64,000 nt of DNA from Parcubacteria bacterium C7867-008. Lineage in GTDB: Bacteria; Patescibacteriota; Minisyncoccia; Phycocordibacterales; Phycocordibacteraceae. This document shows positions 35,333 through 45,421 of this stretch, in pieces. The stretch lies in the NCBI GenBank assembly GCA_001189215.1, contig LFCR01000004.1, forward strand, positions 249,635-313,634. Direction: 5' to 3'. The notes beneath the pieces were generated by a model. The model was not told the DNA's origin and ran no database searches. It saw nothing but the letters and a program-made list of their open reading frames with translations. A program made the position numbers and the translations under genes. Position 1 is the stretch's first letter; the number at the start of each line of letters is the position of its first letter.

Positions 35333-37414
35333 CTATACGTCGAGGTTTGCGAGCTTCGCATTAGACTGGATGAAACTCTTACGGCTCGGAACATCTGAGC
35401 CCATGAGGATATCAAAGATGCGGTCTGCATCAGTGGCATCTTCGATGGTTACACGCTTGAGAACACGATTAGAAGGATTCATGGTGGTCTCCCAGAGTTC
35501 TTCTGGATTCATCTCACCAAGACCTTTATATCGCTGAATAGAGACCTTCGCACTCTTCTTGGTAGCCACCTCTTCTTCTGGTGAACCATCCGTTTCTTCA
35601 TCAGTTCCCTGGTCCTCTTCACCCGCATCTACGGCCATGTCTGCATCAGGTCCAAGGATACGGAACTTCTCTTCGTCTGAGTACGCGTACATGACTTCCT
35701 TGCCACGCTTGATCTTGTACAGCGGTGGTTGTGCGATGTATATAAATCCACCATCGATGATCGGCCGGAAGTGACGGTAGAAGAGAGTGAGGAGAAGGGT
35801 GCGAATGTGTGCACCATCCACGTCCGCATCAGTTGCAATGATTATCTTGTGGTACCGGAGCTTGCTGATATCAAAGATATCTCCGATAGCGGTACCCATA
35901 GCAACAACGAGGTTCTTGATCTGCTCAGATGCAAGCATCTTATCAAGACGTGCTCGTTCAATGTTCAGGATCTTGCCACGAAGTGGAAGAATTGCCTGGG
36001 TACGGCGATCGCGACCAGTCTTAGCAGAACCTCCTGCAGAGTCTCCCTCCACAATGAAGATCTCTGACTCTGCTGGGTCCTTTGTCTGACAATCGGCCAG
36101 CTTACCAGGAAGGGTCATTCCCTCAAGTGCACCCTTTCGCATGACTGAATCTTTCGCCGCTTTAGCAGCCTTGCGTGCCTTAAGGGCAAGCAACACTTTG
36201 TTTACGATGGCACGACCATCATCTGGATTCTCTTCAAGGAAGGTGCTCAGCGCACCTCCAAACACGGTGGCCACGGCTCCCTGTGCCTCAACAGAACCCA
36301 GTTTACCCTTAGTCTGTCCTTCAAACTGGATCTCAGGCATTTTAACGGAAACCACAGCAGTGATTCCCTCAAGCGCATCATCACCGGTAAAGTTCTCTTC
36401 ACTTTCCTTCAGGATGCCTGCCGTACGCGCATACGTATTAAGTGTTCGGGTGAGGGCGGTTTTGAAACCGGTCACATGCGTACCGTGTTCCGGATTATAT
36501 ATATTGTTAGCGAAGGCAAGAAGACGTGGTGAGATATCGTCTGTGTATTGGAACGCAACCTCAACCATCACTTCATTATCAGTTGCATCAACATAGAAAA
36601 TGTTCTTGTGTGCGGGAGTCTGATGCTTGTTATAGAACGATATAAGTGAGCGAAGACCACCTTCAAAGAAGAAGCTCATTGTCGGGACTTCAAGACCAAG
36701 TTCACGCACATATGCGACTTCTTCTGAATCAACCATTCCTGCTTCACGTGCATCAACAACGGCGATGCGAGTTCCCTTCACCAGGTATGCCTGTTGACGT
36801 ACATGACTTACGATCTTGTCCCAGTTCCAACTAATACCGTCTTTAAAGATTGTGTCGTCTGGTTTGAAGAAAGTCACCGTTCCCTGATGCTTGGTCTTTC
36901 CAATCTGTTTTACCTTTCCAAGTGTCTTACCAATCTTGTACTCCTGCATGTGTGTTGCACCGTTCTTGTGGACGATAACCTTTGCGTGTTCTGAAAGTGC
37001 ATTCACCACAGATGCTCCCACACCATGGAGACCTCCAGACACCTTGTATCCAGAATCTTCACCACCAAACTTACCTCCTGCGTGGAGAGTGGTCATAATG
37101 GTTTCGAGAGCAGACACCTTTGTCTTTGGGTGAATGTCCACCGGGATACCGCGCCCATTATCTACGACACGCACATAGCCACCGGGAAGCAGGGTGATCT
37201 CAATATCATCGGCAAAGCCACCCATCGCTTCGTCGCGTGAGTTATCGAAAATCTCCCAGATAAGGTGATGCAGACCATCGGGACCCGTGGTTCCGATGTA
37301 CATACCCGGTCGTTTACGTACCGGATCAAGACCTTCCAAAACACTAATGGAAGATGCGTCATATTCACCGCTCTTGGCAGCCTTTTTGCTCGTTTTATCG
37401 CCTTCCTTAGCCAT
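35333..37414 (-). CDS. gyrB: DNA gyrase subunit B
   Basis: GHKL ATPase N-terminus (LEGLDPVRKRPGMYIGTT...HHLIWEIFDNSRDE), TOPRIM (EGDSAGGSAK), acidic C-terminal tail. Confidence 0.9.
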   Translation of the reverse strand: MAKEGDKTSKKAAKSGEYDASSISVLEGLDPVRKRPGMYIGTTGPDGLHHLIWEIFDNSRDEAMGGFADDIEITLLPGGYVRVVDNGRGIPVDIHPKTKVSALETIMTTLHAGGKFGGEDSGYKVSGGLHGVGASVVNALSEHAKVIVHKNGATHMQEYKIGKTLGKVKQIGKTKHQGTVTFFKPDDTIFKDGISWNWDKIVSHVRQQAYLVKGTRIAVVDAREAGMVDSEEVAYVRELGLEVPTMSFFFEGGLRSLISFYNKHQTPAHKNIFYVDATDNEVMVEVAFQYTDDISPRLLAFANNIYNPEHGTHVTGFKTALTRTLNTYARTAGILKESEENFTGDDALEGITAVVSVKMPEIQFEGQTKGKLGSVEAQGAVATVFGGALSTFLEENPDDGRAIVNKVLLALKARKAAKAAKDSVMRKGALEGMTLPGKLADCQTKDPAESEIFIVEGDSAGGSAKTGRDRRTQAILPLRGKILNIERARLDKMLASEQIKNLVVAMGTAIGDIFDISKLRYHKIIIATDADVDGAHIRTLLLTLFYRHFRPIIDGGFIYIAQPPLYKIKRGKEVMYAYSDEEKFRILGPDADMAVDAGEEDQGTDEETDGSPEEEVATKKSAKVSIQRYKGLGEMNPEELWETTMNPSNRVLKRVTIEDATDADRIFDILMGSDVPSRKSFIQSNAKLANLDV

Positions 37415-37462
37415 ACTTTGTTACTTAGAGTATAGCATAAACTGCCCCGCAAGACCTCTTTA

Positions 37463-39358
37463 CTAGCGTACCTCCCAGTCCCTCTGTGCGTTAAGTATAT
37501 TCGTTACACGCTGCATAATTGGGTCCAGATCAGTATCTGCAAGCGTACGGTCATTTGCTTGGAATACGAGACGGAAAGCATACGAGGTACGGCCATCCTT
37601 TTCAAAGCGATCAAAGCGATCAATACGCGCAAGCAGCTCATCTGCTTCCTGTTCGATCAGCAGTGCAACTTCTGATTCCTGCGTATCTTCAGGGACCCAT
37701 ACTGCAACATCGCGTAATGCAAAAGGATACGCAGAGAACTGTCGATAGTCTCCGAGTACAACCTTCTGAGGCCAGTAGTCACGACCAAGTGCTTCTAGAT
37801 CGATTGCTGACAGATCCACTTCAGCCACATTCACATCGAGTATTGATACATGGAGACCAAGTTCACTGCCGAGTGCTTCTGCAAGCTCACCTAGTACTGT
37901 ATCGGTCTTCTTTCCTGTGAGCTGCTGATACCCAAGCACAAGAGAAAGGCTTTCGCCTTGCTTTGGGAATACCGTACCGATCTCAAACAACTTAATCATG
38001 GAGTCTGGTCCTAGTGCTATCGGAGCAACATTCACTGAACGACTAAGTGCAGCACGCATGTTCTCTGCAAGAGTGGTGCGCAGTGCTGGTTTAGTCATAT
38101 CAAGCGGATTCGCAAGATATATGTCTCCTGTTACCGCAAAAGACTGGGTACTAATTTCCATGTAGCCACGTTCAAGGAGGAAATCTTTGATACGTTCAAT
38201 ACCTTTGTATCGAAGATTATCTGGCTGGATGCCATCGGTGAAAGGGGTCGACTCTATCTTGTCGTACCCAAGAATACGTCCCACCTCTTCAACAAAGTCC
38301 TCCGGAAGGACAATGTCACGTCGCTCGAAGGGCGGCATGACGGTAAAGACTTCACTGGTAAGTGTATAGGGAAGCCCAAGACGTTTAAGCGCTCCTACCA
38401 CATCATCGGCAGTGTATGCGGTGCCAAGCATTCCATTTATTTGTGAAAGCGGTACCGATACCATTGGATTATCTTGTGGATTTGGATACACATCAACGAC
38501 TCCAATCAATTCACCTCCTGCGACCTGCTCAATAAGGACAAGTGCCTCATTCATTCCATATGCAACAAGTTCCGGTGAAGGTTTGTTTTGGAAACGACTA
38601 CTTGCATCAGTAAAGAGTTTGAGTGCCTGAGCGGTACGGCGAATACTGCTTCCATCAAAGTTAGCAGCCGATACATACAGATCGGTCGTATGCTCATCAA
38701 TACTCGAAGCCATTCCTCCTTTGATTCCCGCAATATCAAGCGGGGTTCCTGTTTCTGCTTCAGCGATAACAATAGTGCCTACGGGTAGGAGATATTCTTC
38801 ACCGGTTAGTACCGTAATCTTTTCTTCTGAATCAAGTTCGCGAATACGGACTGCAAGAGTTCCGTTTGTGGTCTTCTGTATCTTGGATGCATCGAAGGCG
38901 TGCAGTGGCTGCCCCATATTGAAGGTCACATAATTTGTTATGTCGACAATATTATTTATGGAGCGCTGACCAATTGATTCAAGTGCATTCTTAAGCCATT
39001 CAGGTGATGGGCCGACTTTCACTCCTCTCACCAATGCACCCATCTGACGAGCACTCTTATCGGTATCAATGGTAATGGTGAGCTTGTCTGTTGTTGGCCA
39101 CAGAGGAAGTAGTGTACGGAGGGGATCCTCTTTCATTGGGCGATCTAATATTGCTGAAAGTTCATATGCGACACCTCGGTGCGAAAGCAGATAAGCTGCA
39201 CGATCAGGCAGTACGTTCACATCAATGTACGTTGGCATAATCTCTTCAATTTCAGCAACGTTGAATGTAAGTGCATCAGCAAGCTCTTCCGGGCTTGGGA
39301 GTGGTTCATCGAAGTATTTCTGTAGCCACGCGGGGGATGTTTTCATGCTGATAGCCAT
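37463..39358 (-). CDS. pheT: Phenylalanyl-tRNA synthetase beta subunit (shortened, 631 aa)
   Basis: B3/4 and B5 domain regions and a C-terminal FDX-ACB-like end; directly downstream of pheS. Confidence 0.8.
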   Translation of the reverse strand: MAISMKTSPAWLQKYFDEPLPSPEELADALTFNVAEIEEIMPTYIDVNVLPDRAAYLLSHRGVAYELSAILDRPMKEDPLRTLLPLWPTTDKLTITIDTDKSARQMGALVRGVKVGPSPEWLKNALESIGQRSINNIVDITNYVTFNMGQPLHAFDASKIQKTTNGTLAVRIRELDSEEKITVLTGEEYLLPVGTIVIAEAETGTPLDIAGIKGGMASSIDEHTTDLYVSAANFDGSSIRRTAQALKLFTDASSRFQNKPSPELVAYGMNEALVLIEQVAGGELIGVVDVYPNPQDNPMVSVPLSQINGMLGTAYTADDVVGALKRLGLPYTLTSEVFTVMPPFERRDIVLPEDFVEEVGRILGYDKIESTPFTDGIQPDNLRYKGIERIKDFLLERGYMEISTQSFAVTGDIYLANPLDMTKPALRTTLAENMRAALSRSVNVAPIALGPDSMIKLFEIGTVFPKQGESLSLVLGYQQLTGKKTDTVLGELAEALGSELGLHVSILDVNVAEVDLSAIDLEALGRDYWPQKVVLGDYRQFSAYPFALRDVAVWVPEDTQESEVALLIEQEADELLARIDRFDRFEKDGRTSYAFRLVFQANDRTLADTDLDPIMQRVTNILNAQRDWEVR

Positions 39359-39360
39359 AT

Positions 39361-40056
39361 CTAGGAAATGTTTTGTGGGAATCCTGTCGTGAAGCGAATA
39401 TCTCCAGAATGAAAGAGTCGCACATCAGGTACACCGTGTTTAACCATTATCAGACGCTCGAGACCACCACCGAATGCAAAGCCTTGGATCTTTGCAGGAT
39501 CAAGACCGGCATTCTTAATGACGTTTGGGTGCAACATACCCGCACCACCCATCTCAAGCCATCGACCTTCCTTTCCTGGAGCCTGCCACCACATATCAAA
39601 TTCAACCGACGGTTCGGTGAATGGGAAATAACTTGGACGGAATCGGGTTTTTGCTTCCGCACCAAAGTATTCACGATACAACTGATCGAGCGTTCCTTTT
39701 AGATGTCCGAGCGTGATATCAGGCCCAACGGCAAATCCATCAAGCTGATAGAACTGCGCTTCATGCGTCATATCTGTTGCTTCGTTGCGAAATACCTTTG
39801 CAGGCGAGATTGCGCGATAGCTTGTGAGTCCCTCCTTAGCCATTTTCTCTAAGAATCGAATGGTGACACTTGTGGTGTGAGTGCGTGGAGTTCGTGGCGT
39901 TTCTTCCTTCGTCCAGAAGGTGTCTTGCATGTCGCGCGCAGGATGATCTGCTGGCACATTGAGTGCAGTGAAGTTGTACCACTCATCCTCGAGTTCAGGA
40001 CCATACTCGATAGCAAATCCCATGCGACCGAATATGTCCGCTATCTCACGGGTCGC
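39361..40056 (-). CDS. pheS: Phenylalanyl-tRNA synthetase alpha subunit, probably a minimal core starting at MADGRLHP (ORF extends to 40332)
   Basis: Class II core motifs (RPSYFPFTEPSVEFDMW; GGAGMLHPNV; AFGGGLERL). The upstream 92 ORF residues do not look PheS-like and would overlap the divergent GT2 gene. Confidence 0.8.
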   Translation of the reverse strand, partial: ATREIADIFGRMGFAIEYGPELEDEWYNFTALNVPADHPARDMQDTFWTKEETPRTPRTHTTSVTIRFLEKMAKEGLTSYRAISPAKVFRNEATDMTHEAQFYQLDGFAVGPDITLGHLKGTLDQLYREYFGAEAKTRFRPSYFPFTEPSVEFDMWWQAPGKEGRWLEMGGAGMLHPNVIKNAGLDPAKIQGFAFGGGLERLIMVKHGVPDVRLFHSGDIRFTTGFPQNIS

Positions 40057-40162
40057 AGCCGTTATGGGGTGAAGTCTGCCGTCTGCCATATAGCCGAGTA
40101 TACCCTCTGTGTCATAGAAAAAATAGGCTATTTTTGCTAGACTGCTACTACGCTTCGGGCCT

Positions 40163-41401
40163 ATGCAACTTGAATTCTTCGTATACCCCTTCCTCTTCCT
40201 TGGCTTGTATTTCCAGGTGTTTCTCCTCATTACCTTCCTCTCCACTCCAGCACGTGAACGACGTGCCAGACCAGCCTCTATAGCTACCCCTAAAGTTGCC
40301 ATTATCGTTCCCTGCTGGAATGAACAAGACACGATCGGCGGGACTGTGAAATCGCTTCTAGCTCTGGACTATCCGAAAGACAAACTTGAGATCATTCTCG
40401 TGAATGATGGTTCAGTTGATAACACAAAAGAAGTAATGGATTCATATATTGGGAATCCACAGATCACCGTGATCCACAAAGAGAATGGTGGGAAGCACAC
40501 GGCAATCAATGCCGGTATTGAACGTGCCACGGATGCAATATTTGTGGGCTGTCTTGATGCAGACTCATTCGTTGCACCAGATGCACTTCGTGAGATTGTT
40601 TCTTGTTTCGATGATCCAAAGGTTTCTGCAGCGACACCTGCCATGAGCGTACATAATCCGCGTAGCATGCTAGAGCGTATGCAGAACGCTGAGTACATCT
40701 TTGGTATCATGGTGCGCCACGTACTTTCTGCGGTGAATGGTATTTATGTGACACCTGGCCCGTTCTCCTTCTACCGAATGTCTGTAATACGTGAGGTAGG
40801 TGGATTCCGCCACGCGCACCAGGCAGAAGACATGGAAATGGCGCTACGCATGCAGCGTGCAGGATATCTTATTGAGAACGCCCCACGTGCTCGCGTATAC
40901 ACCAAGGTGCCGCGCACCATCAAGACCCTCGTAAAGCAGCGCACGCGTTGGACTACGGGCTTCCTACGCAACGTTACGCAGGAATACCGAGACCTCGTAG
41001 GTAACCCACAGTACGGCATTCTGGGGCTTATGATTCTTCCTTTGGGATTTGTTGCTGTGATCGGTGGTGTTGCACTCTTCCTGCTTGCGATCGCTATGAT
41101 GGTCCGTGAGATTATTCGTACCTACATGATTACGCATGGCGTTCCCCTTTCATATACCCTCATGCCTCACTTCACGCTTGAAGGGTTCTATCTTTCTCTC
41201 ACGTTTGTTACCCTCCTCTCCCTTATTACTGGTGCTGCCTCAGTTGCCTTTATCATCATCGGCAAGCGTGTATCTGATACTCCCGGTGAGCTAACCGTGG
41301 GTATCATCGGATATGCGCTAGTCACCGGCCTCATAGCTCCGTTCTGGCTTATGCGTTCTCTTTCAGACCTCGTTACCAACACGAAGCGCAAATGGCGTTA
41401 A
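40163..41401 (+). CDS. Processive family-2 glycosyltransferase (PgaC/IcaA/cellulose-synthase-like) with TM helices
   Basis: GT2 DxD region (LDADSF), QRTRWTTG (Q-x-x-R-W) motif, N-terminal and C-terminal TM segments. Confidence 0.8.
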   Translation: MQLEFFVYPFLFLGLYFQVFLLITFLSTPARERRARPASIATPKVAIIVPCWNEQDTIGGTVKSLLALDYPKDKLEIILVNDGSVDNTKEVMDSYIGNPQITVIHKENGGKHTAINAGIERATDAIFVGCLDADSFVAPDALREIVSCFDDPKVSAATPAMSVHNPRSMLERMQNAEYIFGIMVRHVLSAVNGIYVTPGPFSFYRMSVIREVGGFRHAHQAEDMEMALRMQRAGYLIENAPRARVYTKVPRTIKTLVKQRTRWTTGFLRNVTQEYRDLVGNPQYGILGLMILPLGFVAVIGGVALFLLAIAMMVREIIRTYMITHGVPLSYTLMPHFTLEGFYLSLTFVTLLSLITGAASVAFIIIGKRVSDTPGELTVGIIGYALVTGLIAPFWLMRSLSDLVTNTKRKWR

Positions 41402-41422
41402 TTCGTTTATACTGTCTTTTAT

Positions 41423-42112
41423 ATGAAATCCCTCGCTACTCGTAACGCCATTCTGGCACTGGTTATCACCCTGCTCATTATTGGCTCGGTGGTATATGCC
41501 GTTAATTACTTGGATCGTCAGCGCGTTGCTGAACTTTCTTCTATCCAGAATCAACTGGCTACAGACACTCTTTCTGTCGAGACCCAGTTCGCACTTCTTG
41601 AGTCTGCGCCCTGTGAAGATATATCTGAAGGCAACACCCTTTCTCAGGAGGTATCGAATCTTGGTGAAAAGCTTTCTACCGCAGAGAGTCGTTTGGGTGC
41701 CACAGATGAACAAGTAATCCAGCTTAAGAATCAGTACACCTTGCTTGAGATACGTGACTATCTTCTCACCAAGCGACTTGCAGAAGCATGTAACTTCAAA
41801 CCAACAGTTGCCCTATACTTCTACTCAAACATTCCAGGCGCATGTACTGATTGTGACCGCGCAAGTTATGCACTCTCCTACCTCCATGATCAGAACCCAA
41901 ACCTTCGGGTGTACTCTTTCGACTACAACCTGAACCTCGGCGCACTTAAGACACTTATTGCGGTTGAGAAGGTTAAACCTGAATTCCCTGCCTTTGTAAT
42001 TGAAGGAAAGCGGGCCTATGGATTTACTACCATAGATGACTTTAAGAGTTCCTTCCCTAAGGACTTCTTTGCAACTTCAACGACCGCAACAAGTACCAGC
42101 AAAAAGAAGTAA
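41423..42112 (+). CDS. Membrane-anchored hypothetical protein with CxxC motif (229 aa)
   Basis: N-terminal TM, coiled-coil-like segment, GACTDCDRAS CxxC. Follows the GT2 gene by 21 bp. Confidence 0.45.
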   Translation: MKSLATRNAILALVITLLIIGSVVYAVNYLDRQRVAELSSIQNQLATDTLSVETQFALLESAPCEDISEGNTLSQEVSNLGEKLSTAESRLGATDEQVIQLKNQYTLLEIRDYLLTKRLAEACNFKPTVALYFYSNIPGACTDCDRASYALSYLHDQNPNLRVYSFDYNLNLGALKTLIAVEKVKPEFPAFVIEGKRAYGFTTIDDFKSSFPKDFFATSTTATSTSKKK

Positions 42113-42121
42113 CTGTTAAAG

Positions 42122-42158
42122 AAAAACCTCTCTCCTGTTGGAGAGAGGTTTTTCTTTT
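42122..42158 (+). terminator. Rho-independent terminator
   Basis: aaaaacctctctcctgttggagagaggtttttctttttt. Confidence 0.8.
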
Positions 42159-42159
42159 T

Positions 42160-42235
42160 TGGAGCCGCCTCCCAGGCTTGAACTGGGGACCTTCACTTTA
42201 CAAAAGTGTTGCTCTACCAACTGAGCTAAGGCGGC
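42160..42235 (-). tRNA. tRNA-Thr (anticodon UGU), CCA encoded
   Basis: Minus strand GCCGCCT-TA-GCTC-AGTTGGTA-GAGC-A-ACACT-TTTGTAA-AGTGA-AGGTC-CCCAG-TTCAAGC-CTGGG-AGGCGGC-T-CCA. Canonical cloverleaf with T33 and A37. Confidence 0.85.
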
Positions 42236-42238
42236 ACT

Positions 42239-42715
42239 TTATAGTTCTACCACATCTACCCCTTCTTGCGCACGTAGTGCCTTAGGGGCACGACGGGTAC
42301 GCTTCAGAGCAGACTTCAAATATAGCACTGTACCTGCGATACGGGACTGTTTAGGAAGCATGGGCTCTGTAGCACTCACCTCTCCCAAACGACGCATGCG
42401 TAGAGAGCGCACCGTGCGTGTGAGGACACGTTCAACGAAACGGACCGCGATGAGGGTGGCGTGTGCTACATCATGCAGTGCGCGTTCAAATCCGGTACGT
42501 GCCACATCATTGAAGAATGCGCCCCAATCAACGTGTTGCAGGATGAACGATGCACGCGCTACTCGAGCATCAAAATGATCACGACGTACCGCAAGAAACC
42601 GTATCCCACGACGATCCTCCACCGCAATAAGCAGTACAAATGCAGTGAGCATCAGTAACGTGATTGGGATAGGGATGAAGTACAGCATAGGTATGCGAGC
42701 GATGCTCGCAGGCAA
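42239..42715 (-). CDS. Hypothetical protein (158 aa), doubtful
   Basis: ORF only; N-terminal hydrophobic segment, Arg-rich remainder. Confidence 0.25.
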   Translation of the reverse strand: MPASIARIPMLYFIPIPITLLMLTAFVLLIAVEDRRGIRFLAVRRDHFDARVARASFILQHVDWGAFFNDVARTGFERALHDVAHATLIAVRFVERVLTRTVRSLRMRRLGEVSATEPMLPKQSRIAGTVLYLKSALKRTRRAPKALRAQEGVDVVEL

Positions 42716-42718
42716 ACG

Positions 42719-43300
42719 CTAGCGTGCGGAAAACCGCGCGAACTTGGTGATCTCAACACGCTCGCCGAACTTCTGAGATGCCTCAGTAATAAGATCGCGC
42801 ACCTTCTTTGAATCGTCCTTGATGTATGGCTGATTCATAAGCACTTGATCCTGGAAGTATGACGCCATCTTTCCTTCTAGAATCTTGTCCTGCATCTCTG
42901 CAGGCTTGTCCTTAACCTCTTCCATAAACACCGCCTTGGCAGCCGTAACTGCTTCAGGAGCGATGTCTGCCTCATTGAGGTATTTAGGATCAGTCGCAGC
43001 GACCTGCATGGCGATCTCACGAGCAAGCACCGGGAACTCGTCATTACGGGCAACGAAGTCTGTCTCGCATGAGAGAAGGATCATTGCACCGATTTCACCC
43101 CCGTGGATATAGGTACCAACGGCACCTGCACCAAACTCACGGTCTCCCTTCTTCTCAGCTGCTGAGCTTGAGCGCTTACGGAGAATAACCTCTGCCTTAT
43201 CGATATCACCACCCGCTTCTTCAAGTGCCTTCTTGCACTGCATGACGCTAACGCCGGTCTTATCGCGAAGCTGCTTGAGAATGTCGGTGGTGATTTCCAT
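42719..43300 (-). CDS. tsf: Elongation factor Ts (short form)
   Basis: MEITTDILKQLRDKTGVSVMQCKKALEEAGGDIDKA UBA-like N-terminus typical of EF-Ts. Confidence 0.9.
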   Translation of the reverse strand: MEITTDILKQLRDKTGVSVMQCKKALEEAGGDIDKAEVILRKRSSSAAEKKGDREFGAGAVGTYIHGGEIGAMILLSCETDFVARNDEFPVLAREIAMQVAATDPKYLNEADIAPEAVTAAKAVFMEEVKDKPAEMQDKILEGKMASYFQDQVLMNQPYIKDDSKKVRDLITEASQKFGERVEITKFARFSAR

Positions 43301-43375
43301 AATGATTTAGGTATAAAGATTCAACAAAATAATCAAACGAATTGAAGCATGAAGCTTCAATTGAATTGGAAGGGT

Positions 43376-44077
43376 TTATCCCTTTAGACCTGCTTCGTAT
43401 GCAGAAGCAAGTTCATCAAGCACGAGAGTTACCGTTGCGCGAGATGCGTCATTTGTAACGATTGGGTACGCTGCGTCCTTAAGATCACAGTCTGAACTCA
43501 TAACACCGATTACTGGAATCCCCGCATCACGTGCTTCCTTAGAAGCGTGCGCTTCAGCTTTGGTATCTACGATAACCATAGCGTCTGGGCGCTTGCTTAG
43601 GTTACGGACACCATCAAGACGCTCGGTGAGGCGATCAATCTCACGGTCGATGTATACACGCTCAAGCTTGGTGTATAGCTTGCTGAGTTCACCAGAAGAA
43701 CGCTTCTCAGTGAGATCTGCGAGGCGATCAATACGCTTCTTAATCTCAACAAAGTTTGAGATGGTTCCGCCGAGCCATCGGCCTGCCACGTATGGCTGGT
43801 TGATACGCTTTGCAGCATCACGAACCTGATCAGATACTTCACGCTTCCCTCCTACGAAGAGAATGGTCTTACCATCGCGTGCAAGTGCTGCCATTGCAGT
43901 CTTTGCTGCAGCAAGCTGCGCATCTGTCTTTACGAGATCAAAGATCTCAACCTTGGATTTAGATCCAAGTACGAACGGCTTCATTGTTGGGTGACGGCGG
44001 CTCTTTACCTGGGCAAAGTGAGCACCCGCCGCAAAAAGACGGTCAACGCCAGGTCCAGCCGAAGTTTCGGTAGTCAT
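43376..44077 (-). CDS. rpsB: 30S ribosomal protein S2
   Basis: AGAHFAQVKSRRHPTMKPFV... conserved S2 N-terminus, 233 aa, upstream of tsf. Confidence 0.9.
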   Translation of the reverse strand: MTTETSAGPGVDRLFAAGAHFAQVKSRRHPTMKPFVLGSKSKVEIFDLVKTDAQLAAAKTAMAALARDGKTILFVGGKREVSDQVRDAAKRINQPYVAGRWLGGTISNFVEIKKRIDRLADLTEKRSSGELSKLYTKLERVYIDREIDRLTERLDGVRNLSKRPDAMVIVDTKAEAHASKEARDAGIPVIGVMSSDCDLKDAAYPIVTNDASRATVTLVLDELASAYEAGLKG

Positions 44078-44128
44078 AGACAGAAGATACCACAGGGGCT
44101 ATGGGGGCGCAATTCCCTGCTCACTCAG

Positions 44129-45421
44129 CTAGAAGGGCGAGAATATAGGATTTATATTAACAATCACCGTTGCAGACGTTGCTCCATCAATACAGTCCAC
44201 ACGGTAGACGGATTGTTTCGTGATTGGAGGTGTTGGGAAAGATGCTGACGCTAGACAGGATGCTGGAGTAATAACTCTATTTACTCCTGGTCCCGTTACC
44301 GTACAGGTCTGATTAAGACCAGAACCAGTGACGGTAAGAGTTGCTGATGTACCGGTGCGTACACGACTTGGTGTGGCCTTTATAGAGACCGTGGGACTGG
44401 TACAAGTGTCTGCGGGCACCGTACACGCCCCATCAGTCTTAGTGCCAGATACTAGTCCACCACAACCATCAGAACAGCTGTCTCCTACACATGTATTCGT
44501 CTTACAAGATGTATCTGCTACGCAACCAGGGTCTGGATCGGTACAGGCAGGATAGACACCAACTTGTCCTGTATCAGCACACGTTGGGGCGTCATAACAT
44601 GCAGGCCAAACTCCCAACTGACCACTGTCTGCACACGTTGGCGGTATTGGATCTGTACACGCTGGATACACACCTACTTTTCCGAAATCAGCACACGTTG
44701 GTGGGTCAAAGGGAACACAGGCAGGGTATGTTCCAACCAAACCAAGGTCTTCACAAGTTGGAAGTGGACACGCGGGGTATGGGCCTGAAGAGCCGTTTGA
44801 ACATCCTGGTAGGGGTAGCGGACACGCCGGGTATGGTCCTACAGAACCATTGGTACAGGTTGGTGGTGGGAGTGGACATGCGGGATACGGACCAGCAGAA
44901 CCGTTAGTGCATTCTGGTATAGGGAGTGGGCATGCCGGGTATGGACCAGGTGATCCGTTTGTACATGAAGGCGGCGGTAGCGGACACGCCGGGTATGGTC
45001 CTACAGAACCATTGGTACAGGTTGGTGGTGGGCAAAGAGAATCAGATGGTGTTGCAGCTGAACACGCTCCGTCACACTGAATCGTTCCTGAACCAGTCAT
45101 TCCGCAACTGTTTCCACCGGAAGAACATGAGTTGCCTGCGTTAGCTACACAGGCAGGAGGATCAGGAATAAATACTTCCCAACAATAATCAGCCGGGCAG
45201 AATCCTGGTAGCCCGCTGCATGGGCCATAGCATTCAGATCCCGGAGGCGGCCCACCACATTCAGGAGGACCAATAAAGAGACCGAACCAGGTTTGGAAGC
45301 AACCTGCCCAATGTCCAGATTCTGCACGCGCCATATTCGAACTTATGGCCATGGCAAATAGGAGTATCGCTATAGCTGCTACGTATATACAAGCACGGAG
45401 TGAGATGAATCGGCGGATCAT
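44129..45421 (-). CDS. Secreted Cys-rich PACP-repeat protein A (430 aa) with conserved C-terminal Ig-like domain
   Basis: Signal/anchor [28 protein letters not shown]. Repeats C[TS]NGSxGPYPACPLP and CADxGxxGxYPAC. C-terminal ~90 aa conserved with paralogs B and C, ending NINPIFSPF. Confidence 0.7.
   Translation of the reverse strand: MIRRFISLRACIYVAAIAILLFAMAISSNMARAESGHWAGCFQTWFGLFIGPPECGGPPPGSECYGPCSGLPGFCPADYCWEVFIPDPPACVANAGNSCSSGGNSCGMTGSGTIQCDGACSAATPSDSLCPPPTCTNGSVGPYPACPLPPPSCTNGSPGPYPACPLPIPECTNGSAGPYPACPLPPPTCTNGSVGPYPACPLPLPGCSNGSSGPYPACPLPTCEDLGLVGTYPACVPFDPPTCADFGKVGVYPACTDPIPPTCADSGQLGVWPACYDAPTCADTGQVGVYPACTDPDPGCVADTSCKTNTCVGDSCSDGCGGLVSGTKTDGACTVPADTCTSPTVSIKATPSRVRTGTSATLTVTGSGLNQTCTVTGPGVNRVITPASCLASASFPTPPITKQSVYRVDCIDGATSATVIVNINPIFSPF

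Noticed and set aside
39361-40332. Full-length 323-aa pheS ORF
   Set aside because: The first 92 residues are not PheS-like and would overlap the divergent GT2 gene by about 170 bp. The start at MADGRLHP (40056) is preferred.
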